A stretch of DNA of 64,000 bases from Alphaproteobacteria bacterium (GTDB lineage Bacteria > Pseudomonadota > Alphaproteobacteria > Elsterales > Elsteraceae). Below the pieces are notes generated by a model, which was not told where the DNA came from, ran no database searches, and worked only from the letters and a program-made list of their open reading frames with translations. Position numbers and translations under genes: made by a program. Location: positions 3,196-67,195 of the forward strand of contig JAAFIC010000007.1 in the NCBI GenBank assembly GCA_013298565.1, in the 5' to 3' direction. Positions 23,809-33,568 of the stretch are shown piece after piece (position 1 is the first letter of the stretch; each line of letters begins with the position of its first letter).

Positions 23809-24915
23809 TTATTCCTGAGAAAACTCCAACAGCACCCGCGTTCCGCGCTTTTGAGCCGGATGCTGCACGACGGCTTTAAGGCTGGTTGCCATTGCGGCCA
23901 GAATTTTTATCCCCAAACCCGTGCCTAAGCTCGGCAACTGCGGATCGAACCCCCGGCCATCGTCTTCCACCGTCAGGCAAATCATCTCGGTTGGGGTTAG
24001 CGCAATCGAAATCCGAATATCGCCGCTTTGGCCAACGCCATAGGCGTATTTGAAGGCGTTGGTCACTAATTCCCCCACGACAATACCAACCGAAATGGCC
24101 TTATCGGTCGTAATCATCAAGCGCTCGGCGGATAGGCGCAAAGTGCAAGGATGTTCGTCGTCGGCAAGGGATGCTTGCAGCTCTTCGACGAGATGCGTGA
24201 GGTAATCGCTAATCTCAACCCGGCCAATATGATCGGACGTATAGAGCCTGCGGTGAACCCCGGCGATGGCATTGATGCGGGCTTGGGTTTCTTGCAGCGC
24301 CGAAATAGCCGCAGGATCGGACACGACGGCGGCCTGTAAGCGCACCATCGCCACGACCAACCCCAGACTATTGGCGATCCGGTGATTGACCTCCTCCAGC
24401 AGCAGTTCCGCGCGGTCGCGTGCTTCGCGCACGGCGCGTTCGTCTTCTGCTTTTTGGGTTTTGAGCCGCCACCGCTCGATCACATTGCCGATGGCGGTCA
24501 TCAGCAGTTCATAAAACTCCGGCGACGAATCTTTGATAACATATTCATCCGCCCCTCGCCGCAGGGCTTGCAACACCAGCCGGGCATCGGCTGATCCGGT
24601 GACATAAATCACGGGCGACCGCGTGTGGCGCGGGCCGAGGCGGGCCAAAACGTCCAAACCGGTTTCGGATGGCATGGCGTGTTCCACGGCGATCACGTCG
24701 AACGCCTGTTGGCCGAGCATGATGAAGGCTTCCCCGCTGGACGTAACCGGCGTTACGCTCAGGCCCTGCTCTTCAAGCGCGTGCTTAACCCGTAAGCCCA
24801 GGCCCACATTGGCGTCCAGGTAGAGCACACGAACGCCACCGTCAATCCCGGGGGCCGAAGCGATAGGGGCGTGGGGACCAACCGCCGGGAAAACGGGTTG
24901 TGCAAACTCAATCAT
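23809..24915 (-). CDS. Receiver-HisKA_2 histidine kinase with Glu at the phospho-acceptor position
   Basis: The receiver reads VRVLYLDAN...FDVIAVEHAMPSETGLDVL...VIYVTGS...YVIKD. The H-box is EVNHRIANSLGLVVAMVRLQA. The ATPase motifs are ELVTNAFKYAY and DDGRGF. Confidence 0.8.
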   Translation of the reverse strand: MIEFAQPVFPAVGPHAPIASAPGIDGGVRVLYLDANVGLGLRVKHALEEQGLSVTPVTSSGEAFIMLGQQAFDVIAVEHAMPSETGLDVLARLGPRHTRSPVIYVTGSADARLVLQALRRGADEYVIKDSSPEFYELLMTAIGNVIERWRLKTQKAEDERAVREARDRAELLLEEVNHRIANSLGLVVAMVRLQAAVVSDPAAISALQETQARINAIAGVHRRLYTSDHIGRVEISDYLTHLVEELQASLADDEHPCTLRLSAERLMITTDKAISVGIVVGELVTNAFKYAYGVGQSGDIRISIALTPTEMICLTVEDDGRGFDPQLPSLGTGLGIKILAAMATSLKAVVQHPAQKRGTRVLLEFSQE

Positions 24916-25163
24916 CGAGAAGCCTCAGCGTATATAGCAAAGGGGCGGGGATGGAGGCTGGCGCTAGCCGTCTTCAAACCATAATAAAATGCCAGAACCA
25001 CTCTATCCGGTATTGTACTCGCGCGCCGATTTATTTTCGTAAGGCTGCGCTACCAGGCCCGCCGATACAGCGCCAGCATATCGCCCAAAGACAGGGCTAG
25101 CCCGGCAGTTGTACTACCGCTATGCTGCCGCATATAAATCATACAGTTAAGTTGGAGCGCACG

Positions 25164-26171
25164 ATGAGCAAAACCGTTACCTGGGGGGTTCTCAGCACAG
25201 CGAAAATCGGCCTCGATAAAGTCATTCCGGCGATGATGCGCGGCGAGGTTGCCGTCGTGGCCGCTATCGCCTCGCGCGATCTCAACACCGCGCGCACTGC
25301 CGCCGATCAGCTTGGTATTGCCAAGGCTTACGGCAGTTACGAAGACCTGTTGGCCGATCCCGAGATTGATGCCATCTATAACCCACTCCCCAATCATCTG
25401 CATGTGCCGTGGACGATTAAAGCCTTGCAGGCCGGAAAGCATGTGCTGTGCGAAAAGCCGATTGGCCTGACTGCCGAGGACGCCAAGGCGCTGATAGCAG
25501 CGCGCGATGCGTCTGGCAAGCGCGTGGCCGAAGCCTTTATGATTCGGTTCCATCCGCAGTGGGCGCGCGCCCGCGAAATCGTGCGTTCGGGGCAGTTGGG
25601 GGAGGTGCGGGCGATTCAAACCTTCTTTTCCTACTATAACGTCGATCCCAATAATGTGCGGAACAAGGCCGATATTGGCGGCGGCGGGTTGCTGGATGTT
25701 GGCTGCTATGCCGTGGCAACCGCGCGCTATCTCTTCGGGGCCGAACCGGAGCGGGTCGTGGGGCAGATGGATTTAGACCCAACCTTCGGCACCGACCGGC
25801 TGGTGAGCGGGCTTGCGGCTTTCCCCGGCGGGCGGCAGCTTAGTTTTATCTGCTCGACCCAGTTGGCAAGCTATCAGCGCGTGCAGATTGTCGGCACGCT
25901 GGGGCGGCTTGAAGTGGAAATCCCCTTCAACGCCCCGCCAGGGCACGGCTGCTCCTTACTGCTCGATACCGGGGCAGACCTTAAAGGCGGCTCGATCACG
26001 CGGGAAACGCTGCCCGCGTGCGATCACTTCACGCTTCAGGGCGATGCTTTCTCTCGTATGATCTTAGGCGAAGCGCCGCAGGAGTTTGGCCTGGAAGACG
26101 CGCTGTCGAACATGCGCGTGCTCGATGCTTTTGCAAGGTCAGCCCAGCGCGGAGGTTGGGAAATACTATAA
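25164..26171 (+). CDS. Gfo/Idh/MocA family oxidoreductase
   Basis: ATG 25164 follows a GGAG SD. The Rossmann N-terminus is TWGVLSTAKIG. The family motif HVLCEKP is present. Confidence 0.85.
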   Translation: MSKTVTWGVLSTAKIGLDKVIPAMMRGEVAVVAAIASRDLNTARTAADQLGIAKAYGSYEDLLADPEIDAIYNPLPNHLHVPWTIKALQAGKHVLCEKPIGLTAEDAKALIAARDASGKRVAEAFMIRFHPQWARAREIVRSGQLGEVRAIQTFFSYYNVDPNNVRNKADIGGGGLLDVGCYAVATARYLFGAEPERVVGQMDLDPTFGTDRLVSGLAAFPGGRQLSFICSTQLASYQRVQIVGTLGRLEVEIPFNAPPGHGCSLLLDTGADLKGGSITRETLPACDHFTLQGDAFSRMILGEAPQEFGLEDALSNMRVLDAFARSAQRGGWEIL

Positions 26172-26175
26172 GATG

Positions 26176-28152
26176 CTATAATGAAAGTTCCAGATCGTCC
26201 ACAAATCCACGTGTGGCCGCCTGCAAGCGGTCGCTGACAGAGGCCAAATTGGTCGCGACTTGGGTTAGATGGTCTGTTGCCAGTCGGCACCGGCGGGCGG
26301 CATCGCTGACTTGATCGACGGCAACAGTCATCGTGCCAGTCACCGCTTGCGCCCCGTCGGCACTCGCGGCAATTGTTGCGGCCAGCCGTTTTTGCTCTTC
26401 CAGATCATTTGAAATGTCTCCGGCCATTGTATCAATCGTGCTGATTGTCCCGACGATTGCACGCAAAGCGCTATCGGCTGCGTGGGAGGCCGTTTGAATA
26501 TCGGCGATCTGGCGGCCAATCACTTTGGTGGCGTCGGCGGTTCGTAAGGCCAGGGTTTTGACTTCACCTGCGACAACGGCGAACCCGCGTCCGGCGGCAC
26601 CGACCCGTTGTGCTTCAATTGTTGCATTTAGGGCCAGCAGGTTCGTGCGTCCAGCAATCTCCGAAACAACGCCTGCGACCGCGCCGACGGCATCGGCATT
26701 TTGGCGCAAGCCCAACATTTGCACCTGCGATTGCTCGGCTTCCCGCACCGCCCGCCCGGCAATATGCACAGTGGTTTTCATCCGCCCGCCTAACTGGTTG
26801 ACTGATCCTGCGAGCGCCGCGACCGAGGCTGCAACCGTTGCCACATGGCTCGCCGCACTGCCGGTCGCCTGGGCGGCGGCCTCTGCCCCGCTTTGGGTTT
26901 CTTGCGCGAGGTTGGCAAGAGCATTGATCTCGCTCCGCAGGACCGTTAGCGCTTCGGCCACAGTTTCGCCCGCAGTGCGGATTTCTTGTTCTACCCGTTG
27001 AGCGAGGGCTTCGATGAAGGTGCGGCGTGCGGCTTCGCGTTCTTCTCGGTCGCGGTGGCGCGCAAGGCGCAAATCGGCGGCCTCGATGGCATGTTGCCTC
27101 AGCGTCTCGATTGCGCGCGCAAGCCCGCCAAGCTCGTCTTGCCTTAACAGGCCGGGGGGCGGTGCCGCCAGATCGCCCCGCTCCAATGCCCCAACGGCGC
27201 GGGTCAGCCCAAAAATGGGCCGCGTAATCGAGCGCGCGGCCCACAGGCTGCTGAGGGCGAGCAAACTTGCCGACAGGATGGCCCCTATGCCAAGGTTCCG
27301 GCCAATCGCAACAAGTTCAGCCGTGGCGGCCTCTCTTGCGATACCCGCGTCGCCAACGGCCCGCGCGGAGAGCGCAAAAAAAGCTTTCTCCACAGCCTGC
27401 TGGCGGGGTTCCACCGCATCCGTCCAGGTTTGGGCGAGTGCGGTGAGCGTTTCAGCAAGCGCCTGAACCGGGCTGGTCAGGCTTTGGGCGGCGGCAACAT
27501 CGGCATCGGCAAGGGCCGTCAGCGCTTGTTCCACGCTGCCGCGTCGATCTATGCCTGCCGCGCTGACATCGAGGGTGAGGGCGCGGAAAATTGCGGTTTC
27601 GGTGGCTGCAATCCGCGCGATCCGGGCTGTTTTTTCCGGCCCGTCCGCTAAGGAAACCAGCGCACGTTTAGCGTCGGTGAGACGGCTTTCCAGCTCCCAG
27701 TCTCGCGTGTTGAGCAGGGCTGTGCGCTGATCTACCAGGGTTTGCAGGGCTTCGGTTAGATCGGTCTGGAGCGCCAGGGTTCGCGCAATGTCATCGCGTA
27801 GCGCGCTTGGGTCTGGGGTAAGGTTGCGCGCCCGCAGGAGTGTTTGGCGCGAGACGCGGGCGGCCCCAGACAGCGCCGCTTGGGCGGCCCCAAGCTCCAG
27901 ATTATCCTGCGCGCTCAGAATGGCCCTACCTGCTTCCGGTAGGCGCATCATCGCAATCAACGCCTCTTGGATAGTTGTTGCCAGAACGTCGCTTTCCGAC
28001 CCAGCCGTGATGCGAAGCGTGAGCCGGGTGAGGCCGCTCTGTGTCCAGAGAGCCGAGCCTGCGAAGAGCGCAAGGGCCGCAATAGCCGCAAGTAAGAGCT
28101 TGCCGCGCACACCGAACGTCTGGCGGAAGGGGTAAAAGCGACGGAAACTCAT
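26176..28152 (-). CDS. Methyl-accepting chemotaxis protein (orphan)
   Basis: An N-terminal TM helix, a large periplasmic-type region, a second TM helix and HAMP are followed by the signalling hairpin [38 protein letters not shown]. Confidence 0.9.
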   Translation of the reverse strand: MSFRRFYPFRQTFGVRGKLLLAAIAALALFAGSALWTQSGLTRLTLRITAGSESDVLATTIQEALIAMMRLPEAGRAILSAQDNLELGAAQAALSGAARVSRQTLLRARNLTPDPSALRDDIARTLALQTDLTEALQTLVDQRTALLNTRDWELESRLTDAKRALVSLADGPEKTARIARIAATETAIFRALTLDVSAAGIDRRGSVEQALTALADADVAAAQSLTSPVQALAETLTALAQTWTDAVEPRQQAVEKAFFALSARAVGDAGIAREAATAELVAIGRNLGIGAILSASLLALSSLWAARSITRPIFGLTRAVGALERGDLAAPPPGLLRQDELGGLARAIETLRQHAIEAADLRLARHRDREEREAARRTFIEALAQRVEQEIRTAGETVAEALTVLRSEINALANLAQETQSGAEAAAQATGSAASHVATVAASVAALAGSVNQLGGRMKTTVHIAGRAVREAEQSQVQMLGLRQNADAVGAVAGVVSEIAGRTNLLALNATIEAQRVGAAGRGFAVVAGEVKTLALRTADATKVIGRQIADIQTASHAADSALRAIVGTISTIDTMAGDISNDLEEQKRLAATIAASADGAQAVTGTMTVAVDQVSDAARRCRLATDHLTQVATNLASVSDRLQAATRGFVDDLELSL

Positions 28153-28215
28153 GATCGTGTTTCCTTACAGGTCCGAGCGGGCAGCCCCGATCAGGGCGAG
28201 CCTGCGCTGGGACGG

Positions 28216-28854
28216 TTAAACGTCTCTGGTAAACGTCTCTGGCAACAAGAGGGCTTCGGCAAGGGCGCGCGGCAGGAGGTGTGGGGTCCGTAGTCGCAAA
28301 ACACCTGGCAAAATTGGCGCCCCGGCGAGGCCGAACACGGGGCGGCCAAAGCGCAGACCAAGAGCGACTTCTGATAGAGTCCCCCAGCTATCGCCAATAG
28401 CGATCAAGCAGGCACCCGCGCGGGCTATCAGCGCGTTTCGGGCCTCGCCGATACCGGTTGCCAAGGGGATGGTAAGGTAGGGATTCGCTTCTGATGTATC
28501 CTCGCCGGGGAGGAGGCCGACGGTTATGCCGCCAGCGCTCATCGCACCTTTGCAGGCGGCTTCCATAACACCGCCGCGTCCACCGCAGAGCAGAACAAAC
28601 CCAGCTTCGGCCACCAGTACCCCCACGGCTTCTGCGGTGGCGAGCGCGCGAGGCGTGGCACTACTTGGGCCGATCACCGCGAGAGGCGCACAGATTGGCG
28701 CACCGCTGTCTTTCTGTCGCCAGCGCAGGGCTTCGAGCGGGGTTAAGCTGTGCGTATCGCCAATAGGCACAGTGGCAGGCATCCAGCTTTTCTGGACCGG
28801 ATCGAAGACCTGGTTTCCGTAGAGAAGCTGGCCTTGGTTAGTGCGGGCGAACAT
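28216..28854 (-). CDS. TIGR00725/LOG-like (SLOG fold) protein, paralog 1
   Basis: VLLCGGRGGVMEAACKGAMSAGGITVGLLPG is present, and IAIGDSWGTLSEVAL matches the PGGxGTxxE-type motif. The start is taken at the MFARTN ATG. Confidence 0.7.
   Translation of the reverse strand: MFARTNQGQLLYGNQVFDPVQKSWMPATVPIGDTHSLTPLEALRWRQKDSGAPICAPLAVIGPSSATPRALATAEAVGVLVAEAGFVLLCGGRGGVMEAACKGAMSAGGITVGLLPGEDTSEANPYLTIPLATGIGEARNALIARAGACLIAIGDSWGTLSEVALGLRFGRPVFGLAGAPILPGVLRLRTPHLLPRALAEALLLPETFTRDV
28217..28242. repeat. Perfect 13-bp tandem duplication at the 3' end of the LOG-like gene
   Basis: taaacgtctctgg occurs twice (28217-28229 and 28230-28242). The second copy supplies the present stop codon. Confidence 0.9.
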
Positions 28855-29653
28855 GGCGGGCCTCCCACTGGGCAATCGTCATCTCGGCGACCGCCATAAT
28901 CAGGCTGCATACCGCGAGCAGCACGAGCGACAGGGCGGCGGCGAGGGGGAAATCGGAACCTGCATCGGCAATCAAACTATAAAGCCGAAGCGGAAGAATA
29001 TTGAGCTGCGTTCCCACCAACGCGAGTGCAGTGCCATAAGCACCCAGAGCAACGGCGGCAACGAGGCAGAAGGACGCGACTAAGGTTGGCGCAAGTTGGG
29101 GGCCGACAATATCAACGGCAACGCGCCAGCGTGGCGCTCCCAGCGAGGCCGCTGCGGCCAATTGTGCGCGATCAAGATTGAGAAGCACGGGGACTAACAT
29201 CAAGACCACGCGCGGCGTCAAAAAATAGGTATAGGCAAGAGCGAGGCCGAGCGGCCCATAAAACCATCCCGAAATCACCACAGGATCACCGCCCAAAGCC
29301 GCCAGCACTTGCGTGATGAACCCAGCGCGCCCCAGCATCAAAATAAAGCCATAAGCGACGATCAACCCGGAAAAGGTGAGCGGCAACGCGATGACCACCT
29401 GCATCCAGGCCCGAACCGAAGGGCGCAACCGGCTAAGGTGGACGGCGACCGGCACGCCTATGATGACAGCAAGAAGGCCGGAACAGCCGCCGAGCAGCAA
29501 TGATTGCCCTAAGGCGGCGCGCAGGTCGGCGGTATTCCACAGCCGTGCCAAAACCTCAAGCGACGCCCCTTCGATCAGAACGAGGGTGAGCGGTAGCAGG
29601 AAAAAAAGCCCCAGCACCAGAACGGCTGGGAGGGAGAGCAGAAACAGGCGCAT
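28838..29653 (-). CDS. ABC transporter permease (PotB/PotC-like)
   Basis: A 271-aa polytopic membrane protein that lies in an operon with an SBP and an ATPase. Confidence 0.85.
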   Translation of the reverse strand: MRLFLLSLPAVLVLGLFFLLPLTLVLIEGASLEVLARLWNTADLRAALGQSLLLGGCSGLLAVIIGVPVAVHLSRLRPSVRAWMQVVIALPLTFSGLIVAYGFILMLGRAGFITQVLAALGGDPVVISGWFYGPLGLALAYTYFLTPRVVLMLVPVLLNLDRAQLAAAASLGAPRWRVAVDIVGPQLAPTLVASFCLVAAVALGAYGTALALVGTQLNILPLRLYSLIADAGSDFPLAAALSLVLLAVCSLIMAVAEMTIAQWEARHVRPH

Positions 29654-29687
29654 GGGGCTTTTCCGTTTAGGTTAGAGCAAATCCCGA

Positions 29688-29705
29688 GCGGGTGAAATCA
29701 CCCGC
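29688..29705. other. Intercistronic hairpin between the SBP and permease genes
   Basis: GCGGGTGA-aa-TCACCCGC forms a perfect 8-bp stem. Confidence 0.4.
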
Positions 29706-29774
29706 GACGACGCATTTGCTTAAAAAACAAAAACTTAGAGCGGTTGATGTGAGCCAATGCGAACGGAAAACGCT

Positions 29775-30848
29775 CTAATTGCCAAGGGCGGCTTTAACCC
29801 AACCCGCATCGACTTCGGCTTTCTTCTGAGCGGCGACGACAACATCGAGGGGCCGAACCTGCGGGGATGCGGGCAGCTTATCGGCAACATCCGACGGCAG
29901 CTTAATGCCCGGAACCGAGGGGCGCACAAAACCTTGCGCGAAGATCGCTTGGCCTGCGTCACTCATAGTGAAATTCAGCCAAAGTTTAGCCGAGTTGGGG
30001 TTCGGGCCGTTCTTCACTAGGCTGATGGCATAGGGCGCGGCAACCGAGGCTTCTTGAGGGGTTACGACCTGCACGGCATCGCCAAGACCGTCAGTATGCT
30101 TTGCCTTCAACCCATCGTTCTCATATCCAATCCAGATTGGAATTTCGCCCTTCAAAAACTTTGCGTAGGGCGTGGTCCCCTCAACGCGCAACACATTACC
30201 CGCTTGATGCAGTTTACGAACATAATCGAAGCCCGGCTGAAGGTTCGTCATATCGCCGCCATTGCCAAAGGCAGCGGCAAACATCGTGACTTGGCCGACA
30301 CCCGCCGAGCGCGGATCGAGATAGACAACCGAGTTTTTATACTCAGGCTTCAGCAAATCGGCCCAGCTTTGGGGTACGTTTTTCACGAGCTTGGTATTGA
30401 CCAAAAACGCGATTTGCAGCGAGTGAATGGTGAACCATTCGCCCGTCGGATGGCGAAAAACCTCCGGCAGCTTCTCGAAATTCACCGGCTTAAACGGGGC
30501 GAGTAGGCCCTTGGTGGTCGCATCAATGGCCGAAGCCGCGAAATAATAGGCGGTATCGGCCTGCGGGCGATTGCGGGCCTTGTCGAGTGCAACGACGGTG
30601 GCTGCCGAGCCGAGATCATTGTAAGTAATTTCGACTTCGGGGTAACGCTGCTTGAAGGCGCGGAACTGAGCCGCCCAGTTTGCCCAAGTCGGGCCGGTAT
30701 CGAACGAGACGACGAGACCTTCCTTAGACGCGGCTTGATAGAGGCCGCGTTCGCCCGAATAATATTCAGGGCCGTCGAACGCCTGAGCGGTATTCGTGAG
30801 AAGGGGAATGGCACCAAGCAGTACCAGAAGCGAACGGGCAAGCATCAA
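29775..30848 (-). CDS. ABC transporter periplasmic solute-binding protein (family 1, polyamine/iron-type)
   Basis: The signal peptide is MMLARSLLVLLGAIPLLTNTAQA. The protein is 357 aa, and the ATPase gene lies directly upstream. Confidence 0.85.
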   Translation of the reverse strand: MMLARSLLVLLGAIPLLTNTAQAFDGPEYYSGERGLYQAASKEGLVVSFDTGPTWANWAAQFRAFKQRYPEVEITYNDLGSAATVVALDKARNRPQADTAYYFAASAIDATTKGLLAPFKPVNFEKLPEVFRHPTGEWFTIHSLQIAFLVNTKLVKNVPQSWADLLKPEYKNSVVYLDPRSAGVGQVTMFAAAFGNGGDMTNLQPGFDYVRKLHQAGNVLRVEGTTPYAKFLKGEIPIWIGYENDGLKAKHTDGLGDAVQVVTPQEASVAAPYAISLVKNGPNPNSAKLWLNFTMSDAGQAIFAQGFVRPSVPGIKLPSDVADKLPASPQVRPLDVVVAAQKKAEVDAGWVKAALGN

Positions 30849-30856
30849 TAGTCTCC

Positions 30857-31903
30857 TTAACGAGCGGTGAGAGCGGGGAATAGCCTAATCGCCTCGGGAG
30901 GGACGGCGATTGCGGTAATCGCGGCGCGGCTCGCGGTCTCTCCCAACACACGGCCTGCGCCGCTATCGAAATCGAACCTGCGAAGCGCGCCGAGAAAGCG
31001 GTCGGCGGTGATGTGGCCGCTAAAGCGGTTCACCTCGGGAAGAAACTCTGGCGCAGGCGCGGTCAGAAGCTGCTCAGGCCGGAAAAATGCTAAGACATTG
31101 CTGCCCGGCAGTAGCCCCTTGGCGTGGCACGACAGCAGACCCAGCGCGGTTTCCACACAGCGCTCATTCCGAACCAGCGCGGGCAGCAGATTGGCCTGAC
31201 CGACGAACGCCGCCACTGTCGCATCTATGGGATGATCGTAGAGCGTGCGCGGGGAGGCAACTTGCAGCAGACGGCCCTCATGCAGCACGGCAACGCGATC
31301 TGCAATCGACAGCGCCTCTTCTTGATCGTGCGTGACGTGGATTGTCGTAATCCCGTGCTCCTGCTGTAGCCCCCGGATTTCATCGCGCAAGGCAACGCGG
31401 TGGGCAGCATCGAGCGCCGACAACGGCTCGTCGAGCAGCAACGCTTGCGGCGAAAACACCAGCGCCCGTGCTAAAGCGACCCGCTGTTGCTGCCCGCCTG
31501 AAAGCTGGGCTGGAAGCCGCTCCCCAAACCCGTCTAGCCGGGCACGATGCAGCATTGCTTCCGCTCTTGCGCGGCGTTCAGCAGCGGGAATCCCCCGTAA
31601 CTTCAGCGGGTAAGCGATGTTTTCAGCCGCAGTCATGTGCGGGAATAAGGCATAACTTTGGAAGACGACGCCCAAGTTCCGCGCGCGGGGCGGAACCCCC
31701 TGAACCGCCCGCCCGGCAATCTGGATCACACCCGAGTCGGGGTTCAAGAACCCAGCAATCAACTTCAGCAGGGTCGATTTTCCGCAACCAGAGGGACCAA
31801 TGAGCGCGCAAAGCTCCCCCTTTTGAACGTCGAGAGAAACACTCTCCACGCCGCTGGTCTGGCCGGGGTAGCGATAACTAACAGTGTCGAGAATAAGGCT
31901 CAT
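30857..31903 (-). CDS. ABC transporter ATP-binding protein (PotA/FbpC-like)
   Basis: Walker A is GPSGCGKST, the signature is LSGGQQQRVALARAL, and Walker B is LLLDEP. There is a C-terminal regulatory/TOBE-like extension. Confidence 0.9.
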   Translation of the reverse strand: MSLILDTVSYRYPGQTSGVESVSLDVQKGELCALIGPSGCGKSTLLKLIAGFLNPDSGVIQIAGRAVQGVPPRARNLGVVFQSYALFPHMTAAENIAYPLKLRGIPAAERRARAEAMLHRARLDGFGERLPAQLSGGQQQRVALARALVFSPQALLLDEPLSALDAAHRVALRDEIRGLQQEHGITTIHVTHDQEEALSIADRVAVLHEGRLLQVASPRTLYDHPIDATVAAFVGQANLLPALVRNERCVETALGLLSCHAKGLLPGSNVLAFFRPEQLLTAPAPEFLPEVNRFSGHITADRFLGALRRFDFDSGAGRVLGETASRAAITAIAVPPEAIRLFPALTAR

Positions 31904-32742
31904 GCCACCCCCCTCTGGTTTGCTGCTTGATTGCCGACCCGTGCAGACGTGAGGGATGCTGCCAAGGCCAAGACGAGCAGCACGATGGTTCCGGCGCAGG
32001 CAAAGCCTGTTGCGCCATAAAAGGCTTGCAGAAGGACGACCGGATAGGGCCGGGCTAGAAAGCCTGCGATCAAATTCGAGAGTTGAAACTCGCCAATCGA
32101 GAGGGCGGCGACCAGGACCAGACCCGAGGCCAAACTATGCCGTAGAGCCGGCAAAATAATACCAATCAGCCGTTGCGGCAGTGTTGCCCCAAGAGATTCC
32201 GCTGCCCGTTCCAGCGTGGCTAAATCCTGATGGCGCATGTCTGCGATAAGCGTTTGCAGCAGGTACGGCAGCGTCATCACCGTGTGGCCTGCGATCAGAA
32301 GCCCTGGCGTGCCCATCCACGGGAGAGTTTCAGAGGAAAAAACCAGCAAAAAGCCGAACCCGAGCACAAGCGGCGGGGCGGCAATGGGGAGAAGAAATAA
32401 GATCCGCGCCGCCAATCTCCAGCCACGCCCAGCGGCGGCATACAAGGCATAAGCGAACGGAACTGCGATTATGGCGGTGGCTACGCATGTCGCTAAACTT
32501 ACAGTAATGCTGGTCACAAAGCCTCGCTGGAAGCTCGGGTCTGTTACAATATCAACATACCAACGACCGGTGAGACCGTGGGGCAATAGGGTATTCGTCC
32601 AAATCTCCCCAACTGACCCAACGGCGAGCAGCAGGATTGGTGTGATGATAAAGCCAAGGTAGAGCCAAAAAACCACAACCATTGATGCATCCGTTCCCTT
32701 AGCGGTAATGGGCCTAATCCGATAAGGACGGTATAACGGCAT
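31900..32742 (-). CDS. ABC transporter permease
   Basis: A polytopic membrane protein whose stop overlaps the ATPase start. An alternative start at ATG 32682 is possible. Confidence 0.85.
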   Translation of the reverse strand: MPLYRPYRIRPITAKGTDASMVVVFWLYLGFIITPILLLAVGSVGEIWTNTLLPHGLTGRWYVDIVTDPSFQRGFVTSITVSLATCVATAIIAVPFAYALYAAAGRGWRLAARILFLLPIAAPPLVLGFGFLLVFSSETLPWMGTPGLLIAGHTVMTLPYLLQTLIADMRHQDLATLERAAESLGATLPQRLIGIILPALRHSLASGLVLVAALSIGEFQLSNLIAGFLARPYPVVLLQAFYGATGFACAGTIVLLVLALAASLTSARVGNQAANQRGVA

Positions 32743-32788
32743 TCGTTGACAGAAATATTACAAAATGTACGTTTTCTTCCAAAAATAA

Positions 32789-33484
32789 TCAATAGTTGCC
32801 AATCGAAGGCAGCCGCGTGAGCAGATGGGCGCACACCCGTTCCACCGCATCAGCCACCGAGGTGCAAACTATTGGTCCGCCCCGAGTGTTGGGCGGTAGC
32901 GCCGACCAAGGCGCGAGGCTGAGAACCAGCCGGTCGAACTGAAGCCCGAAAGCAATTTCCGACACGGTGCCCGCCCCGCCGCCAACGGCGACCAGCGCGA
33001 AGGCCGCCCGCGCTATCACGGCATTTCGCGCGGACCCCAGCCCCGTTGCGAGGGCGATTTGAATGCCCGGCGCGGCTGTTGTCCAGGTCTCATCGGGCAA
33101 AAGCCCTACGGTAATGCCTCCCGCCGCGCGCGCGCCCTCTGCTGCCGCAGCCATCACCCCAGTTCGGCCACCACACAGCAGCACAAGGCCGCAGCCCGCA
33201 AGGCTATACCCGAGCGCCTCGGCAGCATCGGCCTGTGCGGGCGACGCATCGCGCCCGCCGATCACGGCCACCGGCAGCCCGCACAGCGCAACCCCTGTTG
33301 TTCGGAGGAGCATCAGAGCCTCGGTCGCCGTCGCGAGCGGTTGTGGCTCCGTCAGGGGGGCGTCCAGATTCTGCCAAGTTAGGCGCTTCGGCTCAAAAAA
33401 TGCCCATGTGCCCGCAGTCCGCCGCAGCAGGCGGCGTTCAGCCGCGTCAAAAAACAGCGAAAGCGGGGCGGGGGTAACGGTCAT
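32789..33484 (-). CDS. TIGR00725/LOG-like (SLOG fold) protein, paralog 2
   Basis: VLLCGGRTGVMAAAAEGARAAGGITVGLLPD and VAVGGGAGTVSEIAF are present. It is the first gene of the ABC operon. Confidence 0.7.
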   Translation of the reverse strand: MTVTPAPLSLFFDAAERRLLRRTAGTWAFFEPKRLTWQNLDAPLTEPQPLATATEALMLLRTTGVALCGLPVAVIGGRDASPAQADAAEALGYSLAGCGLVLLCGGRTGVMAAAAEGARAAGGITVGLLPDETWTTAAPGIQIALATGLGSARNAVIARAAFALVAVGGGAGTVSEIAFGLQFDRLVLSLAPWSALPPNTRGGPIVCTSVADAVERVCAHLLTRLPSIGNY

Positions 33485-33568
33485 ACTTCACTCTAAATCG
33501 AAAGACGTGATAGTTTAATCTCAGATTGGTCTCGTCGGGCCGTCCCTAAGCACTAATTTTGGTAGGGT

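Noticed and set aside
25050-25619. A 189-aa minus-strand ORF overlaps the start of the Gfo/Idh/MocA gene.
   Set aside because: It is antisense to a gene with a clear Rossmann N-terminus and SD, and its product is Arg/His/Gly-rich with no motifs.
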